The position numbers were made by a program, and so were the translations under genes. Under the pieces are notes generated by a model. The model saw only the letters and a list, made by a program, of their open reading frames with translations, was not told the origin of the DNA and did not search any database. Below are positions 11,141 through 22,241 of a DNA stretch of 64,000 nucleotides, one piece after another. Numbering within the stretch: position 1 is the first letter of the stretch; the number at the start of each line of letters is the position of its first letter. Source of the DNA: Nitrososphaeraceae archaeon (GTDB taxonomy: Archaea > Thermoproteota > Nitrososphaeria > Nitrososphaerales > Nitrososphaeraceae); assembly GCA_035250975.1 (NCBI GenBank), contig DATFEP010000063.1, forward strand, positions 1 to 64,000. Reading direction: 5' to 3'.

Positions 11141-12061
11141 ATGTTACATCACTTTATTATTACCTTCATTACGTTGCTCTTAACAACTTTTTTTATAACC
11201 ACTCTAGTAGTAGAATCAGTTATAGCAGCACCAAGTACAATTGATATTCCAAGCAAAGAGAAAAAATCTACTACCAATGATGATGATGATTTGATTGTAA
11301 TATCAAATATTAATTTACAGAATATAGAAAAAACAGGATTTCTTAGAGTAGTTGGTTTTATAAATGCGCAAGAATTTTCCAAGGATATTTCTTTATCAAA
11401 CATAAGCGAATCAACAATGAAATTAACAGTTAAATTTAAAGCGGATAGAGAGAATGAGATAGTTAATGGTAATTCACCAGATGAATTCTTTATTTGTGCA
11501 TATCACGTTAAAAATCAACACGATCCAATACATCATTTTGATTGTAATGAAGGGGATATAAAATCTACTACTGGACCTACCAAGGCGAATCTCTTCAAGC
11601 CGTTATCGCAAGTATATCAAAAAAGTATAGACTACTATAATTTGTATGGAAAGACCAAGATAACCTCATTTTCTTTATTAAGGAATGATAGTCATAGTTC
11701 CAATGACAGTGTTAATCCTAATCCGAATATGAATACAACTAATCAAGAGAAGGTGAAGGTGAAGGTAATTGTACCGTTAGAAGACAAGAAAGACACAAAA
11801 AAAATCAAGGTGATGGCAATGCTAAAGGGCCAGATCCAATCCGAAGTGGTAGACGTTCAAAATGAATTCGATAAAATTGGTGGTTACACAATAGAAAGAG
11901 TATTTGTATTTGATAGAGATACAGATATAGGGAAAATGCAACTTGGAGATAGATTTCATGCATGTGTATCAGGAGAAGCGCTAAGACCGCCAGAAGGAAC
12001 AGAATGTGAAAAGAGAATAATAAAAGATCTGGATAAAGTCAATTCATTGGCGGCAAGATAA
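11141..12061 (+). CDS. hypothetical secreted protein with two similar Cys-pair domains
   Basis: Signal peptide; DEFFIC...DCNEG and DRFHAC...TECEK halves separated by an N/S-rich linker. Confidence 0.75.
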   Translation: MLHHFIITFITLLLTTFFITTLVVESVIAAPSTIDIPSKEKKSTTNDDDDLIVISNINLQNIEKTGFLRVVGFINAQEFSKDISLSNISESTMKLTVKFKADRENEIVNGNSPDEFFICAYHVKNQHDPIHHFDCNEGDIKSTTGPTKANLFKPLSQVYQKSIDYYNLYGKTKITSFSLLRNDSHSSNDSVNPNPNMNTTNQEKVKVKVIVPLEDKKDTKKIKVMAMLKGQIQSEVVDVQNEFDKIGGYTIERVFVFDRDTDIGKMQLGDRFHACVSGEALRPPEGTECEKRIIKDLDKVNSLAAR

Positions 12062-12289
12062 AATCAAAGTTATATTTGTTTTTTTTGTATTTTAATAAAA
12101 GTTATAAAAAAAATATTATAAGATGTATTTCATTAAAAAAAAGTCTTTTTTTATAAATTAATAATTATAATCAAAAACTTCATGCATATTTTAATTTAAT
12201 GAAGTATATGAAGATATAAATAATCCATCTAAATGATGTTAGCCAAATTTATCAAAAATAGAAAATACTCATAATGATTAATCATTAGA

Positions 12290-12785
12290 TGCTACCGTAA
12301 ATCCTTCCTGCTGGTAGAGCTTATCCAGTAAACCTTTTGCCCTTTCTTAAAAACTTCTTTTAATGCCGTGTTTAGATATACTCTTCTTAGTACCTCCTGC
12401 TTGAATACCCATTTGAAATAGTGTATAGATGAGAATCTGGTGGTATTGTACTCCGCTTTCTCCTATTATGATATGATTAACCTGTTTTGTTATCCAACGT
12501 CATGCTTGCTGATAAGAGTTGGTTTTTTATCCTGTATGCGATCTCTTATGATACATCTTTGCCACTTTTTGGTCTGTTTTTTAATCCATCTATACTTCTT
12601 CTCTGTATCTTTCTTTAACCAATCAGATATTCATCTCCGTCTTGTGTGAATATCTTTTGCTGCCTGTGTAGCAGTCTATTTTTTATATACTAAATTTAAA
12701 ATAACTAATATTCTTTTCCTTACATCAGTATCATGTTCTGGTCTGTATAGTTTTTCAACCTTGTTTTTGAAATTATACCTGTACT
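12290..12785 (-). mobile_element. Degraded IS630-family transposase (N-terminal HTH part)
   Basis: Minus-strand fragments SDWLK, IDGLKNRPKSG, ESGVQYH, KWVFKQEVLRRVYLNTA match the IS630 HTH region (KWGFKQKVPR type); stops and frameshifts; borders approximate. Confidence 0.75.
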
Positions 12786-12901
12786 AGTAGTAATAAATAA
12801 AATATAAGATGTTAATAGTAATATATAATACCTATTCTGAACTAATATGTATTCCCCAGATAGTAAAATAATGTCAGCATACTTATGCTAATTGGTATAG
12901 T

Positions 12902-13171
12902 TTATGTTTGATACATCATCTTCTTATCTTTAGTAGATCTTTCCCATATTGTAAATGGTGTAGCTACCTTCATCATGCTAGTTTTATTCATCTGTTTCAT
13001 CATTTTCTGCATCTGGATTGGGTCTGTCATCATAGGTCTCATCATAGGTGGTTGCTGTTCTCTCACCATCATTCCTGGATTTATCATACAGAGCATAATA
13101 CCCATCATAGTCTGATTTCCTATCATCATCGGTGCCAACATAATACATGGCATTGCCATACCTGGTTTCAT
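12902..13171 (-). CDS. Met-rich small protein or 5'-truncated remnant of one
   Basis: Very Met-rich 89-aa frame; segment MMTDPIQMQKMMKQMNKTSMM is homologous to 27558-27674. Confidence 0.5.
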   Translation of the reverse strand: MKPGMAMPCIMLAPMMIGNQTMMGIMLCMINPGMMVREQQPPMMRPMMTDPIQMQKMMKQMNKTSMMKVATPFTIWERSTKDKKMMYQT

Positions 13172-14306
13172 GTGGAGGTACTATTTCTCTTATTTCTATA
13201 TCATAGATATCAAATTTAAAATCATTTGACTTGATTATAACTATTGGAGAACCCCACGTAATTGCTTGACCATCTGTCTCCGCACCACATACTTTCATAG
13301 CATCACCCCAATTACCGTTATCTATTACTTCATGTACTTTTTTATAAGGTCCCTTGCCACCATTTTCTACATCCACCCAAGTTTCTAGTTTTACTGCGGT
13401 ATCATTTACATTATATATTATACCTTTGAAACCGACTATTTTATCATAAATGTTTCCCACAGTTAAGGTTTCGTTATAGCGTTCCCATTCATAATCAATA
13501 TGAAATTGTTCTTTTTTCATTCTTATGTTTCCATCATTAGATATATTGTTGTGGTAACTTGACCCACCACAAAAAAATTTGGGTTGGCCATCAAATTTTT
13601 TATATTCATTATCAAGTTGATTATGCGATATTGATCTGGTTACTATCGAAAGAGAATGCTGTTCTCCGTTAGAACGTGCTGAATCAAGGAGTTTAAAAAT
13701 CAATGTCACTTCTATATTTTTCCAATCACTTGGTTTATACCAATATCCTATCTCTTTTAGTTCAGAAAAATTCCAACTTTGAATTTTGCCATTGGACATA
13801 TTATTTAATTCTAATGGCTTATCAGGTAGTATTCCTGCATCCTTGGTATGAATATCTATCCTTGGTTTGCCAAAATCTATTCTCCAACTTCCATCAATAT
13901 TTTGCTGTGTAAAAATATTTTCTTTATCACTTTTATCTACTTGAACAAGATCATTTGGATTGGTGATATTCAATCTATATGTTTCTCCATTTGAAATAGT
14001 TTGGTAAATCTTTGGTATTGTTATTTTTTTTATAGGAAAGAAGGCTCTGTACGCAGGATCTAGTGCAGTAGAATATGATTCATTTTTATCCTTCTTTTTA
14101 TCCTTTGTTTCTTTATCTTTTTTATCTATTTTTTTATCGTCTTCGTTTTCTTCATCTTCTTCGTTATTATTTGGTTCGGCATAGATGGATAAAATAGATA
14201 GAGTATTATTAGAATGATTAAAATTAAAAATAATACTTATGACAATGATGTAAATTGCAATAAAAAATAACGAAGATATTGCAATTTCTCTACTTCCTAA
14301 TCTCAA
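12984..14306 (-). CDS. Membrane-anchored/secreted protein with a putative carbohydrate-active beta-sandwich domain
   Basis: N-terminal TM, E/D/K-rich linker, domain (DWKNIE..CGG..KKE..GFKGIIYN..CG..ITWGSP..IREIVPP) homologous to the C-terminal domain of 59310..63350. Confidence 0.8.
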   Translation of the reverse strand: MRLGSREIAISSLFFIAIYIIVISIIFNFNHSNNTLSILSIYAEPNNNEEDEENEDDKKIDKKDKETKDKKKDKNESYSTALDPAYRAFFPIKKITIPKIYQTISNGETYRLNITNPNDLVQVDKSDKENIFTQQNIDGSWRIDFGKPRIDIHTKDAGILPDKPLELNNMSNGKIQSWNFSELKEIGYWYKPSDWKNIEVTLIFKLLDSARSNGEQHSLSIVTRSISHNQLDNEYKKFDGQPKFFCGGSSYHNNISNDGNIRMKKEQFHIDYEWERYNETLTVGNIYDKIVGFKGIIYNVNDTAVKLETWVDVENGGKGPYKKVHEVIDNGNWGDAMKVCGAETDGQAITWGSPIVIIKSNDFKFDIYDIEIREIVPPHETRYGNAMYYVGTDDDRKSDYDGYYALYDKSRNDGERTATTYDETYDDRPNPDAENDETDE

Positions 14307-14907
14307 TTTTTAGATTATAATCGTTTATTTTATTTATTAACTACCTCAATTTATTATATAATTTTGTTATTATACTTTGTATTATTTTTACAGAAAATAA
14401 AATTTATATTTCATTTATTGCAGAAATACTAAAATGTATAAATATATTACTAATTTTTCGTTGTAGTTATTATATAACATCTTTACTAAATCCAAAAACT
14501 ATATTTTATCTGTTATTTTAATAAATAAGATGTCAATGTAATTGTTTTATATTAAGGTCTGTTGCATAACTCATTTCGATAGTCAATTTATTTTAATGTA
14601 ACCAATCCTTGTGTGTATAGTTATACTCAGAAACATACTGTATAAGGATACTTTTACAATCATTTTCTTATCGTGATCTCAAATATGATTAAAGTCGCAT
14701 ATTTATCAAAGATGCAGTGACAAAGAGACGGTTTGGTGGATATATTACATCTCGGCTGATAATAAAACAGAACAGGGATTTGACCTTCTGGTGTAGAGTA
14801 TGCAATGTGAGGTGGTTTTTATGGGATGGTATCTATAAAGGCTTAGAACATTTCTCAGTAGAGAAACTAGATAAAGTTTTTTAATTATATTTTTTAAGAT
14901 TAATAAA

Positions 14908-16272
14908 ATGCTTTTAGATTTTATACGGTGCGAATTTAAGCATCATTTTATTGTTGGTATTTTATTATTTCTTATTTGTTTGCAAACTTTAACTTTTCAT
15001 GATGTTTTTTCAACAAATACCAAACCTAAGTCGACAAATGAAGGTAGTGTTAGTAATAGTGTCAAGAAAAATTATATTAACATAAATGATGATCGTAATA
15101 ATAATACTTCTGTTAATCAAAATCAAACTATAAATGAACAAAAAATAAAAGTTGTTGCTGCAGGTGATTTTGGTTGTGGACCTGTAGCACAAAATAATAT
15201 CAAACAAATTGAATTACAAAAACCAGATATTTTCTTGGTATTGGGGGATTTATCATATGAACCAAGTTTGGATTGCTGGTACAATATGACTAAACTATTG
15301 GATTCAAAAATTAAAGTTGCTATAGGAAATCATGAGGATGAGGAAGAAAAAGCAAAAGGAGGTTCTAAAGAACTAAAAAATTCATTGTTAGAACATTATA
15401 ATTTAGAAAATTCATACTATTCATTCGATTATGGGAATGTACACTTTTTAGTATTAGATACACAATTAGAATTTTCACTTAATGTTTTTAAACCCGAGGA
15501 AAAAGAAGACGAAGAAGATACTGAAAGTAATAAAGATACTGAAAGTAATAAGAAACCAGGCGCAAAATATTATGTTACAACACTTAAAGATCTATTAGCC
15601 AAACATAGTATAAAGGCCGAAATACCTCCATATCATTTGGTAAATGATGAAGTGATTGTTGAAGATATCCCATTTGATACAGAACAATATATATTTGCTG
15701 TTAACGATCTAGAAAAGGCTAATAATAACTCCTCTATTGATTGGATTATAGTCATGTTACACAAGCCAATATATTCTTCACTTTCAAGTCACATTCAAGA
15801 GTATATTATGAGAGATAAATATCAACCTGTATTTGACAGATATGCAGTTGATATAGTATTACAAGGCCACAATCATATATATGATAGAACTTTACCTCTT
15901 CAATTTAATCCTAATAATATCAGCAAACCAATCGTAGATGAATCGAATAATACAAATAAATTTTCTAATCCAGAAGGATCAATTTTTTCTGTTATTGGTC
16001 TAGGAGGCAGGACCAGTCATATAATGTTAAATCAACCCAATTATGTAGTAAGTCAGCATAACGGATTTGGATTTCTTGGTATTGAGATTAATGGAAAACA
16101 GTTAGATGCAAAATATTATGATATAGGATACAAATGTAAAGAAGATAAGTTAAAAGAAAGTGATTTAGATGAAGGAGATTTTACTATATTTGAAATGCCA
16201 TCATGTAAAATGGATAAAAATATAAACTCTTTAGAAATAATTGACCATTATACCATATCTAAAGTAAAATAA
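14908..16272 (+). CDS. Secreted metallophosphoesterase (purple acid phosphatase-like)
   Basis: AAGDFG, LGDLSY, IGNHE, HKPIY, GHNHIY motifs; signal peptide; 18-bp tandem duplication (DTESNK x2) at 15517-15552. Confidence 0.9.
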   Translation: MLLDFIRCEFKHHFIVGILLFLICLQTLTFHDVFSTNTKPKSTNEGSVSNSVKKNYININDDRNNNTSVNQNQTINEQKIKVVAAGDFGCGPVAQNNIKQIELQKPDIFLVLGDLSYEPSLDCWYNMTKLLDSKIKVAIGNHEDEEEKAKGGSKELKNSLLEHYNLENSYYSFDYGNVHFLVLDTQLEFSLNVFKPEEKEDEEDTESNKDTESNKKPGAKYYVTTLKDLLAKHSIKAEIPPYHLVNDEVIVEDIPFDTEQYIFAVNDLEKANNNSSIDWIIVMLHKPIYSSLSSHIQEYIMRDKYQPVFDRYAVDIVLQGHNHIYDRTLPLQFNPNNISKPIVDESNNTNKFSNPEGSIFSVIGLGGRTSHIMLNQPNYVVSQHNGFGFLGIEINGKQLDAKYYDIGYKCKEDKLKESDLDEGDFTIFEMPSCKMDKNINSLEIIDHYTISKVK

Positions 16273-16831
16273 TTTTATCAAATAATTTTTATAATATTCT
16301 TGTTTTTTTATGATTTATATAAAAGATATTGAAGAATATATAGAAACACAATATTTAAAAATTATATTTGTGTAAGTATAATTTCTAGTCAATAAACTAT
16401 TGAATAATAGATTTTATTTAATAATTGAATTTATGTGTTATATAGTATATAGCATTTCTTTAAACACATAATGAAATTGAATCTAAATAATAGTATGGTA
16501 TCCTGCTATGCAAAAGTTATCTTAATGTTTGGTATATTATAAAGTAATGTTTATTACCTGCTTCTAATTTAATAACTTCGAGTGCTTTTCTAGAATCAAT
16601 ATCATAATGAAAATAAATGGTCCCATATTGCATAATTTGACAGTTCATTTATTTAAACTCATAGATGAAACAATCATTCAGATTGGTAATCAACATTTCT
16701 GGCTGTGGTTTTATATAGAACCAGTATACCATAACACAGCCTAAATTTTCATATTCATCAATTTTTTAAAAGTTTTTTTGCTTAGATAAATGAAATAAAA
16801 TTAAAATATTAGAGAATTATATTTTTAGGAT

Positions 16832-18364
16832 TTATTTTATAGTAGGTTTTTCTTTTATTATGGCAGGGATTATGGCAATAAATACCAATATAGAAGATAC
16901 AAAAAATATTATATGAAATGAAGACAGAAACTTATTTGCGATTGTTTCATTATGATTATATATCTCAGAGTTTAGAGGTTCGTTAGAGGTATTAACAGGA
17001 CCTGTGGCTATTGTTGTATCAGTATTTCTAAAATCTATTAGAATATCTTTCACATATTCTGATGGCAAGATACTTGTCATTATTAAAAATGAGATTCCTA
17101 CACTCAACGATCTGCCTACATAAAATAAAGTAGTACCTGTACTTCCTGATACCCCTCTCCTACTTGGAGGCACACTATTCATTATTGATGCTCTATTGGG
17201 TGATGTAAATATACCCATTCCTGCTCCAAGTAAAATAAAAGGTAATAGTAATTCGACAAAATTGGTTTTAATTTGTAACTGAGTAAGGGATAGAAACCCG
17301 ATGCCAGTAATGAATAAGCCAAGTGCTGAAAAAAATCGAGAACCATATCTATCAGATAACCATCCACTTAAAGGGGCAAATATTGCTAAAGCAGCAGAGA
17401 TCGGAATCAGATAGATTCCAGTTTCAACAGGACTCAAATTCATAAATGCTCCTTGCAGATAAATTGATATCAGAAAGATGAAATTACCTCTTGCTATTGA
17501 ATTGAGAAGAATGGCGATATTGCCTCCTAAGAATGATTTAATTTTAAATAGTGAAAAGTGAAACATAGGATATTGCTTGGAAATAAATTTCTCTATGAAG
17601 ACAAATATTATGATGAGAGCTAACCCACCAAAAATGAGTAAAAATATTATCAAAATGTTAGATATGATACCAAATGAGCTTAATGTCATTCCTGCTAATA
17701 TAAAAAATAATCCTCCTGCAAATGAGATATTTCCAAGCCAATCTATTTTCTCTTTTCTTATTGATCCTAGTTCTTTTAGATATTTGTAGGACAAGAATAC
17801 CCCAATTATTCCTATTGGAATATTTATCCAAAAAATAGATCTCCAACCTAGGTATGAAGTTAATAAGCCACCTAAAACCAAACCCAGTATTGAACCTAAC
17901 ACAATTGCAATCTGATTTATACCTAATGCTTTTCCCCTTTCATTTGATGGAAATGAATCAGTAAGTATTGCTACACTATTTGAAAAAAGAAAAGCAGCTC
18001 CTACCGCTTGAACAATTCTAAAAACCACTAATTGTTCTCCTGATTGAGATATACTACATAATCCTGATCCAAAAGTAAATATGATAAATCCCAAAGTGTA
18101 AAGCTTTACTCTGCCAAAAATATCTGCGAGACGACCAAAATTCAAGAGAATAGATGCTGTAACAATAGAATATCCAATAATTATCCATACCATAGTAAAT
18201 AGAGAGGTACCAAGTTCTGACGCAATAGTAGGTAATGCTATAAAGATAATATTCGCATCAAGCGATGCAATAAGCGTGCCAAGCGTGGTATTCACTAGCG
18301 CTATCCATTTGTAGGAAAGACATAAACGATTTCTTTTATTATCGGAGGGAGCAGCGTTAACCAA
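16832..18364 (-). CDS. MFS transporter, DHA2 (EmrB/QacA) type
   Basis: LDANIIFIALPTI, GRLADIFGR, WRSIFWINIPIG, GWLSDRYGSR; about 14 TM segments. Confidence 0.9.
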   Translation of the reverse strand: MVNAAPSDNKRNRLCLSYKWIALVNTTLGTLIASLDANIIFIALPTIASELGTSLFTMVWIIIGYSIVTASILLNFGRLADIFGRVKLYTLGFIIFTFGSGLCSISQSGEQLVVFRIVQAVGAAFLFSNSVAILTDSFPSNERGKALGINQIAIVLGSILGLVLGGLLTSYLGWRSIFWINIPIGIIGVFLSYKYLKELGSIRKEKIDWLGNISFAGGLFFILAGMTLSSFGIISNILIIFLLIFGGLALIIIFVFIEKFISKQYPMFHFSLFKIKSFLGGNIAILLNSIARGNFIFLISIYLQGAFMNLSPVETGIYLIPISAALAIFAPLSGWLSDRYGSRFFSALGLFITGIGFLSLTQLQIKTNFVELLLPFILLGAGMGIFTSPNRASIMNSVPPSRRGVSGSTGTTLFYVGRSLSVGISFLIMTSILPSEYVKDILIDFRNTDTTIATGPVNTSNEPLNSEIYNHNETIANKFLSSFHIIFFVSSILVFIAIIPAIIKEKPTIK

Positions 18365-18614
18365 TCAACAAATTTTCAATTCATTATTTGTATATCTATG
18401 TTTGGGAAATTAAAATATTATAATTAACAAATATTTTGTTAAATTCCAACATTATAAACTTAAATTATGATATTTTTTTGATTATTATACAAAAATTGTA
18501 CTTATATTTTGTTATTAGTTCAAAAAACTTTCCATTAGCAATTGAGCGATAAAAACTTTATTTGGATTTTATTTACAATCAATGTATAAAGACTTTCTAA
18601 TATCTAGTCTGGGT

Positions 18615-18666
18615 AAAAATCAAATCCATTTTTTAGGTCAAATTTGTTTCACAAACCATTGACCCG
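18615..18666 (+). repeat. Repeat type B, copy 2
   Basis: aaaaatcaaatccattttttaggtcaaatttgtttcacaaaccattgacccg. Confidence 0.85.
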
Positions 18667-19057
18667 ATGAACTCTCAGTTCCAATCCTATTTTACTAGAA
18701 TTTATGAAGCAATAATATGATTTGAACTCGGAGTTAATATTTACCTTTTTATTATTTATTTGCTTTTTGTCCGAATTTATTTAAGCTATATTTAATGTCT
18801 TTATCTCTAATTTCATATTCTATAAAGTCAAAGAATTTTTTCAATCTTCTTTCAAAATATTTTCTAGTAATCTTTGTCTTAATTGCGTATTTGAACATTA
18901 GATAAGGAGAAAATTCTTTTTGTGTCCTTCATTTGCGATAATTTCTATGAAGCAATCGTGAATTGATATCCCTTAGATATGATAAAAAATGGGTCTAAAT
19001 AAAGACTCAGCTTAGTAATGGGCAAGTCGAATGAGATCTTTGACATCGAATTAGTAA

Positions 19058-19168
19058 AAAAAGATAATCCATGTTGAATTCGAGGTTTTAGGTTTATTTT
19101 GTGACCAACTATCAAAAGAATTGGCAGGTTTTTTCGAGGCCAAGAACTTTTGGAATAACAATTTCTAA
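19058..19168 (+). pseudogene. Isolated C-terminal fragment of a GAF-domain protein (paralog of 34068-34559)
   Basis: KKIIHVEFEVLGLFCDQLSKELAGFFEAKNF vs KKFSTIDFEMLGIFYDQLSKDLTGFFEAKEF. Confidence 0.7.
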
Positions 19169-19570
19169 AATATTTCTTGGGAAAAAGAATGTATAGAAAT
19201 ATTATTTGGAATTGGAAAAGATTTTATTTTTTCTCATTATCTATTATAGGTATAGAGAGAGAGGCTTTTTTATAATGTAAATTAATAGAAAATAGAGCAA
19301 ATTTGAAGAATCAGGATATAATGGTGTAACCTGAAAATTTTCATATCGTCAGAGCCAAAAAATAAAATAAAAATTGGGTACTTGACTCTTTAATCTTTCC
19401 ACAAAATAATTTTACTTTTTTTGTAAATAGATAATAAATTATTATACAATAAATTATTACCTCAAAAATAAATACTAAATCATCACTACTTATAAGAAAG
19501 ATAATTGCAAACATTATTGCAATTACAATTATTATGATGAGTTATCTAGCAATTTTGTTATTCATTATTT

Positions 19571-20182
19571 TTATAGACCTGGTTGAACTTGAATAATTTC
19601 CGAGTCAATAACGGGATTTTTATCTTCCGTGTCATCTTCATCTTCATCTTGATTATCTGTAAAATCTTCGTCCTCGTCTTTGTTTCCCTGATCTTCATCT
19701 TCATCTTTTTCTGACCCAACTTTGCTCATAATGTTTTGAACTTCTATTTTGGTTGCCTCATCGGAAACTAAATTAATGTCAACTATCTCAGGTCTTTTTG
19801 CAGGAGAATTTTCTCCGTTTTTGCATATGACACTTATATCTTTTATAGTCAATATGCAAGTTGTAAAGGTATCTCCAGCATTAACCTCAGTTCCATTAAA
19901 ATTGAATAAGACTTCAGAAGTATCTCCATATGCTAGTTCTTCATAGGGATCAAATATTTTGAAGTGTGTAATATTTTCAGAGCTACTAAAGGTTATTACA
20001 TCACCAGTATTCTTATTGACACCAAATAAAGTAAGAATTACATCGAAGGAATTTTCTTTGGTCTGTGCATGTACATTGATATTATCATTCGTTGTGGTCA
20101 TGATAGCAGTAGTTAGAGCAATTAAAGCAAAGGAAAGTAATATTGTCATTACAAATTTTCTTAAAATTCTTTGCTCCTTCAT
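19571..20182 (-). CDS. hypothetical secreted protein with Cys pair and acidic tail
   Basis: Signal peptide; GDTFTTC...ICKNGENSPAKRPE; D/E-rich C-terminus. Confidence 0.75.
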   Translation of the reverse strand: MKEQRILRKFVMTILLSFALIALTTAIMTTTNDNINVHAQTKENSFDVILTLFGVNKNTGDVITFSSSENITHFKIFDPYEELAYGDTSEVLFNFNGTEVNAGDTFTTCILTIKDISVICKNGENSPAKRPEIVDINLVSDEATKIEVQNIMSKVGSEKDEDEDQGNKDEDEDFTDNQDEDEDDTEDKNPVIDSEIIQVQPGL

Positions 20183-20567
20183 CTGAGTTTAGTATCCCAT
20201 TATGAATTATAAGTATTGTGTTAGGTGATCCTGTCAACTTAAACAACACTGAATTTCTGAAAATGACTCGGACACTTGAGAGAAGATGAACACAAATTAT
20301 CAACCTTAATAGATTTAAATGTCAGGTAATTTCAATAAATATGATTATCTTTTAACTATTTCTTAAACACCTACGATGAATTCTTTAATGTCTTCGAAAC
20401 CTATAAAAAATTTGATAAAGAATTTGTTTTGTTTTTGAAAAGCTGTATATTTGTAAATATAATAGTAAGTCACTTAATGCTGTAGAAATTATTAGAATTA
20501 TTCATTCGGGTTAGAAGCATTAGTGAGGGTTAGAGCAACGATAAATTCCATCATATAAATTCTGAAT

Positions 20568-21107
20568 TTAGTTGACTGGAGGTTGTTCTTGACCTGCTTG
20601 TTTAGTCATAATCTGAGATCTAATTGAATCCAAGGATTGATCAATTTGATATACTGCTAGCTTGTCTCTTCCAATTATCTCAAACTTTTGAAGAATTGTT
20701 TCAAATAAAGTCTCTTCTTCTACTTGTTCACTTACAAACCATTGCAAGAACGAGTATGTAGCACGATCTTTTTCTTTTTCAGCAATTTCTACTATATTGT
20801 TAATGAGCTTTGTAACAGTTTGTTCACTGTTAAGACCAGCTTGGAAAGTAGATTCTAGTGAATCGAATTCACCCTGAGGCTTTTCTATTGCTGGAATTAT
20901 CGCTTCGGCTCCAGTATTATTAAGATAATGAATGAACTTTAGCATGTGTCTATTTTCCTCATTGGCTTGTTCGAAAAAGAATGCGGCACTTCCCTCATAT
21001 CCAGTTCTTTCACACCATGATCCAATAGCAACATATGCATTGATAGCTGATGCTTCATAAGAAATTTGGTCATTAATTGCTTTTTCCATTTGTGATGAAA
21101 TTCTCAT
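20568..21107 (-). CDS. ftnA: Non-heme ferritin
   Basis: AINDQISYE..AINAY, EENRHMLK, FLQWFVSEQVEEE ferroxidase-centre motifs. Confidence 0.92.
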   Translation of the reverse strand: MRISSQMEKAINDQISYEASAINAYVAIGSWCERTGYEGSAAFFFEQANEENRHMLKFIHYLNNTGAEAIIPAIEKPQGEFDSLESTFQAGLNSEQTVTKLINNIVEIAEKEKDRATYSFLQWFVSEQVEEETLFETILQKFEIIGRDKLAVYQIDQSLDSIRSQIMTKQAGQEQPPVN

Positions 21108-21758
21108 TGTAACAGTCTTAGTATTTTTCGGATATCTATATATTTTGGGATCGAGTTTTTTAGAAATACTAGTAAGGCATTATTCATCTTTAAAGACGAG
21201 AAAGGAATTTTCGTCTGTGTGGAAGTAAATACAAAAATCTGTACAGTGTAATGTGTACAAGCATAAACTTGATTCTACTTTCATAATAGATGTTAAGTAT
21301 GTAATACCGAATGGCAGATCAAAATACCTTTGGAAACGGCAGAAGTGTAAAGATATTTGAAGGTAGTAAAAAAGGAGAAATTGTACTTCGTACGACCACC
21401 TGACAGATAACATTAAAAATATCGAACGATCACGATAGTGCGTTTTGTGGAACGGCTGCAGTTGCTTCTGCTGCTGTAGAGTATGGGAATTTAGTAACAC
21501 CAACCACAGTACCAAATGTTCATTTAAAGTATGACGATGATGTCATGGAAGTAAACGAAATCACATTCCAGTTGCACTAATAATATACTGTTAGTATCTC
21601 CAATTTCTTTTTTTAAACCCTCAAGGCCCAGATTTTTGAATCTCACGCTAATGTACCTATTAATACATCAAATATTTTAGACCTGCTAGAACAATAGAAG
21701 AAAGACGTAGTTACTTTGCTTACGAATTATTAAATAATGTTTTTATCTGATAAGTTTA

Positions 21759-22241
21759 GTGAAGGATAGAAATAACTTGCATAATAGAACTGCTTTAAAC
21801 AAATATCATCTTCCTGTACCAAAGAATTCTATTCAAAGAATTGATAGAAGCACATCACCTGCTCATATAGGCAAGTTAAGAAATGCAATAGACTTTATAG
21901 TTCCAGAAAATACCCCTGTACTCGCAGCAAGCGATGGAATTATAACATTTGTTAAAGATGACTCAACAATTGGCGGTCCTAGTCCTGCTTATTGGAATTT
22001 TTCTAATTTTATTTCAATTATGCATAAGAATAAAGAATGGTCAAGATATGATCATCTCAGATTTAATAGTTCTGATGTAAAAGAAGGACAAAAGGTTAAA
22101 CAAGGACAGAAAATTGCGGAAGTAGGTATGACTGGTTATACATATATTCCACATTTACATTTTCAAATCTCGATATTTAATGGTCCTAATATTTGGATAG
22201 ATTTTGACACGTTAATAGTTGAAGATTTTATAGATTCATAA
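21759..22241 (+). CDS. M23 family metallopeptidase
   Basis: AH...NAIDF..PENTPVLAASDG, YDHL, V..GQ.IA.VG.TG...PHLHF. Confidence 0.85.
   Translation: MKDRNNLHNRTALNKYHLPVPKNSIQRIDRSTSPAHIGKLRNAIDFIVPENTPVLAASDGIITFVKDDSTIGGPSPAYWNFSNFISIMHKNKEWSRYDHLRFNSSDVKEGQKVKQGQKIAEVGMTGYTYIPHLHFQISIFNGPNIWIDFDTLIVEDFIDS

Noticed and set aside
14556-14572. ggtctgttgcataactc as an IS5/IS903-type terminal inverted repeat
   Set aside because: Resembles such ends, but no partner repeat or adjacent transposase sequence was found
21180-21580. ORF 21180..21515 (-) and a broken plus-strand frame (MADQNTFG..AFCGTAAVASAAVEYG)
   Set aside because: The minus ORF has implausible composition; the plus frame may be a decayed gene but is unassignable
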